Shown here piece after piece: positions 52,521 through 64,000 of a stretch of DNA of 64,000 nucleotides. The stretch lies in the NCBI RefSeq assembly GCF_009914755.1, contig NC_060927.1. One strand, written 5' to 3'. The translations under genes were made by a program, and so were the position numbers. Source of the stretch: the human T2T-CHM13v2.0 reference genome, Homo sapiens. Each line of letters begins with the position of its first letter. The first letter of the stretch is position 1. The notes under the pieces were generated by a model. That model saw only the letters and a program-made list of their open reading frames with translations, searched no databases and was not told where the DNA came from.

Positions 52521-54948
52521 AAAAGAAATGACCTTCCCTCTCATAGGAAGAGGTGCTGCCACTCTTCCAGTGACCCTAAATGGACAACATATGCATAACA
52601 TAGCAGCATCTATAGATGCCAAGCACTGGGCTAGCTGATCCTTTTTCGTGTCTGGAAAAAAAAAATAACAGTCTTAAGAAGAAGAAATGCAAGAAAGCCA
52701 TACACCCTAGAACCAATGTCACCTGCCCAGGCACTTCCTTACACAACCACTAACACAGAGAAAGGAGTGATTCTGTGAGAATACTACTGCCACAAGAGGG
52801 CTGGTCTGCAATGTGTCAGCATTCCCAAATAGCTTTTAAAATTCTGGGAAAATATAAAGCCCACACTTTATTCTCCAAACGATATTCAGTAAAAGCTTAT
52901 TACACCCACCAAGTTTCCTTGGACAGGGAGGTTTCTTAGCGTAATGGTACAGCTAGTTACAGTGTCCAGGAAATTAATCTAGGTCAGGATAAAGTTAAAC
53001 CCACAGTCTGGCATGCCTGATTTGTCATTATAAAACCAGACAGCAAGACAAGAGCAAGGAAGTATGATCCTCAATTCTAAAACCAATGATCATTCTAGAA
53101 GCTTCACAGCATTATCAGGGACAAGGGTTCAAGAGTAAAAATTGTGGTGAGGAAAGTTAGGGGGCAGTAAGATGTTCAAAGGAATTGTAACCTGTGTGCT
53201 TATTAAAGGAATGGTCAGAAATTATGCTTACTATGTTGATTGGGCATGAAATTGAAGGGTTTGTTGGTTCTACTCAGAGGTTTGGCCACATCCTGTGGGC
53301 AATAGAGAGTTTAAGCAGGAAAAAAAATCATAACTGGATTTGTTTTTTGAAGATAACTCTGAAGGCAGGAAGACTAATTTAGAGACTTTGGCAACAGAAC
53401 AGTAGAGAAAGGGTGAGAGTCGCGCCCACACACAGAAACACACACACAACACAAATCTTCCCACCTCATCCTACCCTTGCATTATTACTGACCTGCAAAA
53501 GACATTCACCTTTTGTTTTTATACTGAAGGTCTATTTCTGCCAGTTCCTTGCCCCACATAAATGAAATTTTGGATATAACCCTAAGCAAAGCCAGGGTAC
53601 TACATGGCCCAATCAAATACATAAAATCAGAGTCCAGCAACCAAAAACAAAAAAAAAGAAAAACAAAAAAACTAAAATGGAACTCTACACTTTACTTGTA
53701 CTCTTCTAACAGCGTTAAAAGGGAATCTAACTTATAAGAAAGGGCACCACTTCTCAATTCCGTTTCTTTCTCCTCCGCATTTCTCTCATAGCCTCTCTCT
53801 CTGGCTTCTCTGAAGCCCCTTTTAAAATGCTCTGCACCACCCACCACAAACACAAACGAAACTCTTCACCATCTTAGCTTTACCTCATGCCCACTCTCTC
53901 CTCTGTTCTCTCCCAACATTTAATCAAATACATCTGTTTAGTTCCTGTAACTCAGGGAATTCCCCTTTCCTGTCAAGCCCCACAGTTTCACCCTCTGCCC
54001 TTTTCATGTATCTGGATGACCAAAGAGCTGGGCACTGGCCTGACATGACCAAAGGCTCTTGGCAGGCATGGAGAATCTATGGGGGCAAAGAACATATTTT
54101 CTGTACAAACAGCTAAAGTTAAGGGGAGATAGCAAGAAGAATGCATGCTATCACACACCTAACTCCCTGACTAGACTGTCAGCATTTTGAAGGTAGGAAC
54201 CATGTCTACTTTGTGTCTCTAGCAAAGTTTAAAACATTAAATGAATAGAGAAACGAATGCTTGCATCACTGTCTCTTAGAGAGCCACCTCCTTTTTAATG
54301 CTTCTCCTTTCTGCTTACTGACCTGTATCTCCTTATAAAATAAGTCATCCTTATGAGTGGAACAAGGGACCATGGAGACAACTGCCTGAAGCACTACCTA
54401 TCATTCATCCTCTTTGCCAATTCCCAGAGCAATTAGAGGAGTGTAATTAAAAATGTCCAAAAAGTCTCTTAAATATTTCAAGCATCAGATATTCACTAAT
54501 ATTAGTAACACATTTATTTAATCTCAAGCATCTTTCTGCATTTGATAGATTGTAAAGAGGAATTTATATGGAATGAGACAGGGTACTTCTTCTATTAAAA
54601 TGAACATAAATAGCTCATGAAGGATGGTTCACTATAACAATTTGCATAACAAATGCACTTCATAAAAAAACTGTATAACAGGCACCCACTGTTCCAAACT
54701 CATGAATATTTTGAGTACTTAAGTAGAGCACAGAATGTAAATAGGAGGGGAAAAAATAAATATTTTTGCTAAAGCTTATCTGTAAACAGAAGTCTTAGAT
54801 TGCATTTGGGTTTTCCTACCACTTATTTCTTTAGCATGTTGTGTCTTTAAATATATATATTTCACATGAAGTTTTAAAGCAGTTTATAAAATAAACTGAT
54901 AGCCAACAAAGCATATTTAAACTGGTTATTTAGTATTCTAGTCCTAAC

Positions 54949-55065
54949 GCAGGAGAATGGCATGAACCCGAGAGGCGGAACTTGCAGTAAGCCAAGATTG
55001 CATCACTGCACTCCAGCCTGGGCAACAGAGTGAGACTATGTCTCAAAAAAAAAAAAAAGAAAAAA
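54949..55065 (+). mobile_element. Heavily 5'-truncated AluY-like right-arm fragment
   Basis: GCAGGAGAATGGCATGAACCCG...poly-A; TSD TATTCTAGTCCTAA. Confidence 0.92.
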
Positions 55066-56417
55066 TATTCTAGTCCTAATGGGTTAAGTGTTTCAGGTGG
55101 AATACTCTGATCATACACGTAAATTTCATCCCTGCCATAAGATCTGGCAATGCTTAGCTGACATATTCTTGCAAATTACTGGAAATACCACATTCCCAGC
55201 TATGAAATTAAGTAGTATAAGCCAAAGATTCCAATAGCTACATTAAACAAACACACCTCCAGCAAATTTCTCTGCCCCAACTCAAGCAAATAGAATACTA
55301 TCTTGTCTAAACAGCAACTTGCAGTTTTCCATGTTCAATATTGGAAAATAATCCAACTCTCTGGTGGTGTTTTACTACATTTTCAAGACCTTCTTTCCTG
55401 TCTTCAAGGGGGAAGGGAACCAGGGACACAAGATCAAGGGAAGTCCTTCCCAGGCTAGACACTGGTCCAATAACTAAAGAGTAATTGCTCAGATTCAAGT
55501 AAATCTGATATAATTCACAGTAGCTAGCTATGGTTTTTACTCAAAATATAGAACCCAAAAAGATTTCTTTAAGAAAAACTTATTGTGTTTCATTGCTAAA
55601 TTATAAACTGCATTGACTATACTAGTAAATAGAATCCTTCAGTTAAATAAAGCAAACAAATGTGATTTTAGTTTTGACCACTATTCTCTCTCAAACAGAA
55701 AATAAATCCTTTCCAAGCAGTGATATCTAGGCCATTATCTCTACTTTGCTTTTAGCTGTTTTTCGTACATCACTGAAAATTTGGGGGCTTCCCTCTGAAT
55801 TTACTCCCTGTCTGGGCTTTGCTGCCCTAGTTGCAAATCCTTACCAGCTGCCATCTTTCCTCCTCTCCATACTGCAGATATTGCTTGTTACATTTGTAGC
55901 TTTCATCAAGTATATCCTTGACCGCTGCCACTGTTCTGCTCTGCTCTATTATTTGGAGCTTAATTCCCATCAAGCCACGCTCACTTGCACCGTATTTACT
56001 TTCCCTATGCAATATGTATCTACCCAAAGACTGAACACCATTCCTCTCCAGACACCCAGCAGGGGAAGCTTCAGTATGTTTAGATAAGAGGGTCTTAAAG
56101 GTGGTAGTCTGCTTTGAACTTGAAGTTATCATTGCAGCAGATATCACATACCAAAGAATAGGGAGCTGATGGATATTATAAGGGCTGCCCTACAATCCTA
56201 CAACCTCCTTGTTGAAATCTCCAATGAATCTAATCCACCAGCAGATTACACACTAGCCACCTGCCCATTAGAAGGCTGAAGCCATCATTTATAGTTGTAT
56301 TATCCTCCCTCTCATAGTGATAGAAGGGGCTATTAATTAACTTCAGAGAATCTGGATCTCTGGAGAAAGAGAGTTGGTCAGGACCCAGGAGGGGTGATAC
56401 CAAGAAGAGTCAGCTCA

Positions 56418-56743
<326 letters not shown>

Positions 56744-57914
56744 CTAGATTGAAGGAATCCCCAATGTAGCTAAAGGAAAGAAGTGAGCTTAAGCATGATC
56801 TTTAGCCCAGTAAACTTTCAGAATAGTTTTAAATTCATTTGTATTCACTCCAAGTAGACTCAAACTTTCAGAGAGAGTGCCTCGAGTTTAGTCCTCTGGA
56901 GCAGGGGAAGAACAAACGTCCCTACTATGTTGAGCTGTTATGAGATAACACATGGAAAGTATCTAGAACAATTTCTAGCAAGAGTAAACACTCAAAAAGT
57001 TATTTTTACTATATTAAAATTGAATCTAGTCATTTTATTTCTCGCACATTCATAAAATTTATTCCCTAATGCAAGTTTTATTGAAGTTAAATGTATGCAA
57101 AGCAGATTAGAATTTTTTCTTGGAGGCGTAGGCACCATTGTGGCAAGAATTTTTAACCCTCCTCTATCATCTGCTGTTGTGAGAGCAAGAGCTTATTTTT
57201 ACCATGTTAACATAGTCATTCTTGGGTAGAATGTATTCCTATTGAGATCACCATCATAACCCAAAGTCTCTAAGTTTCCTGGAAGAAATTACATCTCAAA
57301 TGTCACCCAATCCTGCTGTAAACACAGGAGTGGGGAAAAGACATACGACAATGCTGGGAAGAAAAACACCTCAACAACAACACTTACCTTGAGATTATTT
57401 AATAGCAGCATGAGGGCATTAATTCCCTTATTTTACTTGCTTTCTAGTGTTAAGTAAAACTGGAATGGCATTGGTCTTCACATCTTTCCTTCTACAATCA
57501 CTAAACACTATCAAATATTTTTTAAGGCCACCTCTATGTACTGCTCATAGTCACAAACCTTCAGAGCCTTCAAAATGTTAAAATATATAAAAGCAGCTGC
57601 CTGGGATCCAGCAGACAGGCATTAAAAGTGACATTTGCAAACATCATTCTTTCACTCCCAGTTCACAGGCAATTTGACAAGAAGGAAATACAAACCTTCA
57701 CTCATTCTAGGGCAAACATTCTGAAACTAAATGATTTACATGGAAATAGGCAAAGGTTACATTCACATATTTCATAGCCTTCTCACCAACTTTAGTCAAA
57801 CCTCTGAAGTTTACAGAAATCCTTAGCCTTTCTGTATCCTATATGAGTATATATGAGATAAGCATTTTGATAACTTTTGAGGTCATGAAGTTGGATCTCT
57901 GTATATGACAGATT

Positions 57915-58010
57915 TACCCATTTACCCAAATATATATATCCCCAAATATATATATATATCCCCCAAATATATATGTATATCCCCAAAATATATATATAAT
58001 CCCAAGTGTA

Positions 58011-58046
<36 letters not shown>
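57915..58046. repeat. Compound microsatellite: [CCC(C)AAA(TA)n] x4, then (TG)n(TA)n
   Basis: Direct reading. Confidence 0.9.
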
Positions 58047-60192
58047 AGAAATCATTTTAGATGTAGAAATTAGGAAAAATGAACTATCCAACAAATAATA
58101 CCTTGAATGTCCTTTGATATAAATTATTACTAAATACCAATTAATCAAGGATACTTGTCTTGGCAAAATCTCCCGCCATTGAAAACTGGGGTGTGGCATT
58201 TCTAAGGATAAAAAAAGCACAAGTTTCTACTCAAATCCCAGAATGACCAAGTGGAATGCATACTCAAATAGTACCTTGGGGTGGAACGATTGTGAGAATG
58301 AAAAACACATCTCTAAGAAAAGTATTAAGGTGACTTTGGGGAGAACTCAAAAATAAAAGGTTAATTTAATTCTCTATTACTTTGTCAGATCAGAATATGT
58401 ACATTTGCTAAGGGAAGCTGTTTATGTTCAAGATACAGTTCTGGTTTCATAAATATGGAAGTGTCACTTGTCAGTTCAAAAGTCCCAGCATCAGTATGGT
58501 AACATCTTGATGTATGTACATTCAACACAGGGAGATGAATTAGATGTTGGCTAATTCACCCAAGGAAAAACAGACTTTGAGTTTACTTTTTTAGACATGA
58601 CACTTTTAGGAAGTGACTTTAGATGAGACCCATTGCTTCAAATAAGGAATTTCTGAGCAATCAATCCCAAGATAGATGGCATCTGAGAACAATTGTGTCC
58701 ATTGATACACACGCACAAATGACCTCACCACCATCTTCCACAGACTGGTCTGTGCCTCCAGGAATTCCTTTCTTTCCTTTTCTCAGGCACAAGTCTAAGC
58801 AATTTAAGGGAGCTACAGTCCAATAGTTTATCTCCTATTTCCCCCCACCTTTTTTTTGATGGATAAAGAGCTGTAAACAAGAAGAATTCTTACCCCGTGG
58901 TGCTTCAGTTGGAATACATTTACAAAATTAACTTTGAAAAAAATTGGAGTTGATTAGTTATATTAGATATTCTGTCAACAAATCCAACTCATCCTAATCA
59001 CTTATAATTAACACTGATGTCTGATGAGAGGTACACGTAAAAGTAGCAAGTCGACGTGCTAAACTGCTCCTCTAGGGGATTGGGTAAAGTCTGCTCATTA
59101 TCTTCAACTTGGAAAAGAAGTGTATTTGCTTGCTTTGGCCAAATTGGCAAAAGAAACATATGCCCAGCCTCTAATGGATAGAAGACTGTTTTGTGAACAT
59201 TTAGCAAGCTTGGCAGGCAGGTTTTTGTTTTCTCCAGGAAAAGGATGTGAATTCTGGAATCCTGGCACTTTAGCAAAGTCAAATGCCAACCTAATCCATA
59301 CTTTCCATTATGGTTTTTCAGCCCAAGAATATTAGAGAACATCTCTAAGCAAGGGCAGCAATAATTAAATTAACATCCTTGTATGGCCTAAAATAATCCA
59401 CTGGATGATACAAATGAAGCAGAGCTGCTCATTGCATTATACCAGACACATTATCCAGATTGGCAAGAAGGGAGCTTCTTGGATGCTTTGCTCTTCACCA
59501 GCATGCACCCAGACCATCTAAGCAGACCGAACTCCCCACAACTCTTTCAACTTTCTCGGCAAGAATAAATGTTGCTCTTGCTCTAACTCATATTTGTCAT
59601 TACTTTACAAAACAGATTTTTTTTTTCTTTTAGTCACTGAATTCCTTGTAGTTCTGCTGCAAATAAGGGAGAGAAAGAGAATCTAGTATTATAATTAGCA
59701 TCTGTAGATTCATCAGGGCTTCAACCTTTCCTTCCAATCAGTCCTGTTACCCTCAGAACAGAGTTCTCTCTCACACTCGAATTTTCCATCTTTCCTTTTA
59801 AACGACTTAGTTTTCATCAGCCTGCAAACATGCAAATCTTTTCATTCTAAACTCACCTTCCTCAACTTTATTATCCACTTATTTCTTAATTCTTGGGATC
59901 GAATTTCCACCCTTTGTTCTACTAGAATTTCTCTCTCCACAACCCTGCCTCCCTGATCTAAAGACCCTGTCCTCATTCTTAGAGCCTTCTCTGGTGTATT
60001 GGACTGTGCTGATCATGCTTGCTTGACTGCCTCCTCCCTGAGTGCCAGCAACACTAATTCTCTGAATTTTCTCATCAACCTCTTGAGTTTATCTTCCTCT
60101 TCCTCTTAAATATAAATGTATCCGTAATGTGTCACAATAGCCCTTTGTCCTTCTTTCTCTTTTCTGACAATCTCTTTTATTTCTAAAGGTGA

Positions 60193-60701
60193 TATTAAAT
60201 ACAGTAAGACATTCTTCTGCAAAGGGCTAACTTGTTTAAGTTTCCTTGTCCTTTGTTCCCTGCTTTCAAGGCCAGATTCCCTTACTCTCTGTGTTCCCTT
60301 GCCCTGGGAAACAACCTACCACTCGGTCTTTATCTATAGAGCCCACATTCCACATCTGCCACTCACTCTGTAAATTACCCCTCCCATCGCAATGCCCCCT
60401 CGACCCCGCCCGCCCTGCCAAAACTGTTTTCTCGCCAGTGTAACTGCATCCCTGCACTTCTCAAGTTAGCCAACCGGGTTCAGCTTAGATCGTGCAGTCC
60501 AACTCTAGCCAATGGAAACAGGACACAGCAGTAGGAGCCCAATGCATTAAAGATAAAGCCGCTGCTTTCCTTTGTTCAGAGTGCTCTTATGGTGACCAAA
60601 CTGATGAGCAGCACCCTTCTGCAGAAGTAAACTTTGCCTTGCTAAGAAATCAACTATCAGAGTGTTCATTTCATTTGTGACTTCGAGCTTTATTTCTAAC
60701 A
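60193..60701 (+). mobile_element. ERV1-class solo LTR (LTR19/LTR35-38-like)
   Basis: Ends GCACCCTTCTGCAGAAGTAAACTTTGCCTTGCTAAGAAA...TTTCTAACA; CCAAT motifs; exact 5-bp TSD GGTGA (60188-60192 / 60702-60706). Confidence 0.8.
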
Positions 60702-62588
60702 GGTGACCACTAAAACAAATGCTAATTTGCATACTCCCTGGGGCCCATGGTGGAGCAGAGGCAGTAATGTCCAGAAGAGTTGATGTTACTTGACTATAAC
60801 TAATATTAAAACATATTCTCATATTAAGCCAAACAAATATAAATATCCACTCGTATATTTAAGAGCTTTTCAGCTAATGGAATGTTTATCAGGCTCATTT
60901 GTAAAACAAAGTTAAGACACCAACACATATATATTGAATAATAAAATGAAAAAATGAATTCTTAGATGAAGCATAAACTTTCCAAGAAAATCTGCCTTTT
61001 ACGCCCCGTCTCTCCCCTCCCCAAACAGCTCTTTCACATTTTCAGTATCTTCATGGGCAGTTCCATCTGCAGCTCTCATGGGAACCTCATCCTCCTGATT
61101 GAAAACTGACTTCTCATCTCCTCCCAAAGTTGTTTCTATTCACAGGGATCCTATCAGGAGTGCCACCAGTCTGATAGTGATAGTGACCCCATCTCAAAAT
61201 CTTACTTACATTATCGTGACTCCTCACTCTGGTTGCTGCATCCAAGCAGTTGCCAAGCCTGCAAATTCATGACCACCCTTTTATCACTTTTCTTATCTTC
61301 ATTCCTACCTTTGTTGCCCTTCTTCTAGTTCCTACCTCCCTACTTTGAGTATTGCAACAGCGTCCCAAATGATGCATCTCCTTTTCACCATCCCCATGTA
61401 TGATACACACCTCTGCCATAGTCATCATTTTTACTCTCAAAAATTTCCTATGATTCACAAAATCAATTGCATCAGATGGAACTCCTTAGCCCAACACACA
61501 GTCTTCCCCAGAATAGTCATATCTTATGTTACCTTTCTCTGCTTTTATCCTCCAAAGTTCTTACATTCTCCCCAAAAATAAATAAATAAATGTTCCTTCA
61601 AGCCTTATGTCAACATTAGCGTTTTTCCTATGCATGGGGAAAAAAACAAAGTGAGGGTTTGCACAGTTAACTGCACGAGCATCTCAACAGGCCAAGTTTA
61701 GTTCTTAAATCTATTGTGCCCTCCTTTACCAAAGAGGGTGTACGCTGCCAGCATGATGGTGTGTGTTAGGCAGGGGATGTCATCTGCTGCAGAGGCAGAG
61801 AGGTTTAATTTCACTTTAACTGTTCCTCTCTTCCCATGTACAGCACTGCTGCCAGTCCCTTGGGCCTATTGGATTTCCATGTATGTGTATTTCTTTGCTT
61901 CTATGTGATCTCAGCAGGGATAAATGAACCTAAGATATTAAAATGTAATTTGTTCAGATCTTTGCCTTCAGGGTGAGCACTAAGATGCTGCCATCAGCCA
62001 GAAAATTTGTGATCTAATTTAGAAGCAGTGAGCCATGCTGTCTTTTCTGAGAGGCTTCAGAAAGCTGCACTGGGTCCCCACTTTTCAATGGTTTTGTGAA
62101 AGATTTTCTTTCAAGCTGTAAACAATGTTGATTTTTTTTTCTCCACTTTACCATTCCAAGAAAGATTCACTTAGTAAAAGCAGGGAGGAGGAACTACACC
62201 TGCTAGCTGTCACTCTGTTGAAATGCCATATTATGCAAGTGACTTACTGTTAATCTCTCAGATTCTCCTCTATCCAAAACCCCACCCTGACCCATTTTGT
62301 TTACAGAGAAGAGTGACGTATTTATTTTTTTAAATGTCCTGCAGACTTATATGAAGACAGAACTAACCAGAATTGTAGAGAAACTTATCAACCAGTACTC
62401 CAACAAAAACACAAAGTGAAAGGAAAAAAAAGTCAAAGAAATAGATATAGTGATGTCCCTGGTCCCTAAAATGAAGGCAAGATGGCATGACTATGCACCT
62501 GACCCAGACTTTTGGGAGGAACTCTGTCCCTGACTCTTACAGATCGAGCTCTGTGCTCAGCAGTGAATTGGCTTAAGCAAATAATTCT

Positions 62589-63895
62589 TTTTTTCTTCTA
62601 AAAAAAATAAATAAAATAAATAAATAAATAAATAAACGGGATGTATGTGCAGAACGTGCAGGTTTGTTACATAGGTATGCATGTGCCATGGTGGTTTGCT
62701 GCACCTATTGACCTGTCCTCTAGTTCCCTCCCTTCACCTCTCACCCTCCACCCCCCAACAGGCCCTGGTGTGTGTTGTTCCCCTCTCTGTGTCCATGTGT
62801 TCACATTGTTCAGCTCCCACTTATAAGTGAGAACATGGCGGTGTTTGGTTTTCTGTTCCTGTGTTAGTTTGCTGAGAATGATGGCTTCCAGCGTCATCCA
62901 TGTCCCTGTAAAGGACATGATCTCATTCCTTGTTATGACAGCATAGCATTCCATGGTGTATATGTACCACATTTTCTTTATCCAGTCTATCATTGATGGG
63001 CACTTGGGTTGGTTCCATGTCTTTGCTATTGTAAATAGTGCTGCAATAACATACGTGTGACTGTGTCTTTTTTTTTTTTTTTTTTTTCTTTTGAGACGGA
63101 GTCTCGCTCTTTCGCCCAGGCCGGACTGCAGTGGTGCGATCTCGGCTCACTGCAAGCTCCGCCTCCCGGGTTCATGCCATTCTTCTGCCTCAGCCTCCTG
63201 AGTAGCTGGGACTACAGGCTCCCACCACTGCGCCCGACTAATTTTTTGTATTTTTAGTAGAGACGGGGTTTCACCGTGTTAGCCAAGATGGTCTCGATCT
63301 CCTGACCTCGTGATCCGCCCACCTTGGCCTCCCAAAGTGCTGGGATTACAGGCGTGAGCCACGGCGCCTGGCCGCATGTGTCTTTATAGTAGAATGATTT
63401 ATAATCTTTTGAGTATATACCCAGTAATGGGATTAGTCAGTCAAATGGTATTTCTGGTTCTAGATCCTTGAGGAATCGCCACACTGTCTTCCACAATGGT
63501 TGAACTAATTTACATTCTCACCAACGGTATAAAAGCGTTCCTATTTCTCCACAGCCTCTCCTTCATCTATTGTTTCCTGACTTTTTAATAATTGCCATTC
63601 TGCCTGGCATGAGATAGTATCTCCTCGTAGTTTTGATTTGCATTTCTCTGATTATCAGTGATGTTGAGCTTTCTTTTATATGTTTGTTGGCTGCATAAAT
63701 GTCTTCTTTTGAGAAGTGTCTGTTCATATCCTTTGCCCACTTTTTGATGGCATTGTTTGTTTGTTTTTTTTTTCCTAGTAAATTTGTTTAAGTTCCTTGT
63801 AAATTCTGGATATCAGACTTTTTGCAGATAAGTAAATTGCAAAAATTTTCTCCCATTCTGTAGGTTGCCTGTTCACTCTGATGATAGTTTCTTTT
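62589..63895 (-). mobile_element. 5'-truncated L1PA8/8A-like LINE-1
   Basis: Peptide MIDWIKKMWYIYTME...; 3' end CACGTTCTGCACATACATCCCGTTT...TTAGAAGAAAAA on the minus strand; TSD TTAAGCAAA(T/G)AATTCT (62573-62588 / 63896-63911). Confidence 0.92.
63068..63373 (-). mobile_element. AluY variant inside the L1PA8
   Basis: Poly-T plus CTCTTTCGCCCAGGCCGGACTGCAGTGG...TTAGCCAAGATGG; TSD approximately TGTGTCTTT. Confidence 0.95.
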
Positions 63896-64000
63896 TTAAG
63901 CAAAGAATTCTAAGTTGACAGTTTTCATCCTCTAAAAGATTTCTTACCAAAGTATCATTAGGTTAAAATCTTCAGTACCACCATTAAACCAAAATCAAAG

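Noticed and set aside
59030-59060. Two inverted RCGTG (HIF-like) cores in a small CpG cluster
   Set aside because: Five-base motifs with no further support.

Overview
Primate genomic DNA, most likely a great ape including human, judged from AluJ/S/Y, THE1 and an L1PA3-like element. I found no supportable protein-coding gene, tRNA, rRNA or CRISPR array. The longer ORFs in the track are LINE-1 ORF1/ORF2 remnants, Alu- or THE1-derived frames, or chance ORFs. The first ~22 kb is a nest of retroelements. An L1MA2/3-type host element is split by a near full-length L1PA15/16-type insertion that appears to carry a ~750-bp ancient 3' transduction. A ~2.4-kb inversion with deletion spans the host/insert junction, and a tailless U5 snRNA retropseudogene sits in the L1 3'UTR. 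Next comes an L1PB containing a full THE1B provirus, which itself contains an AluY. The rest is older repeat debris (L2, MIR, MLT1, HAL1, ERV1 LTRs, MER DNA transposons), Alus, a twin-primed L1, a young L1PA3-like copy with a template-switch hairpin and a micro 3' transduction, and some unique sequence including an enhancer-like motif cluster. I found no new biological system; the best signals are reconstructable retrotransposition and rearrangement events. Subfamily names come from my recollection of consensus sequences and need RepeatMasker/Dfam confirmation. Boundaries without a stated TSD are approximate.
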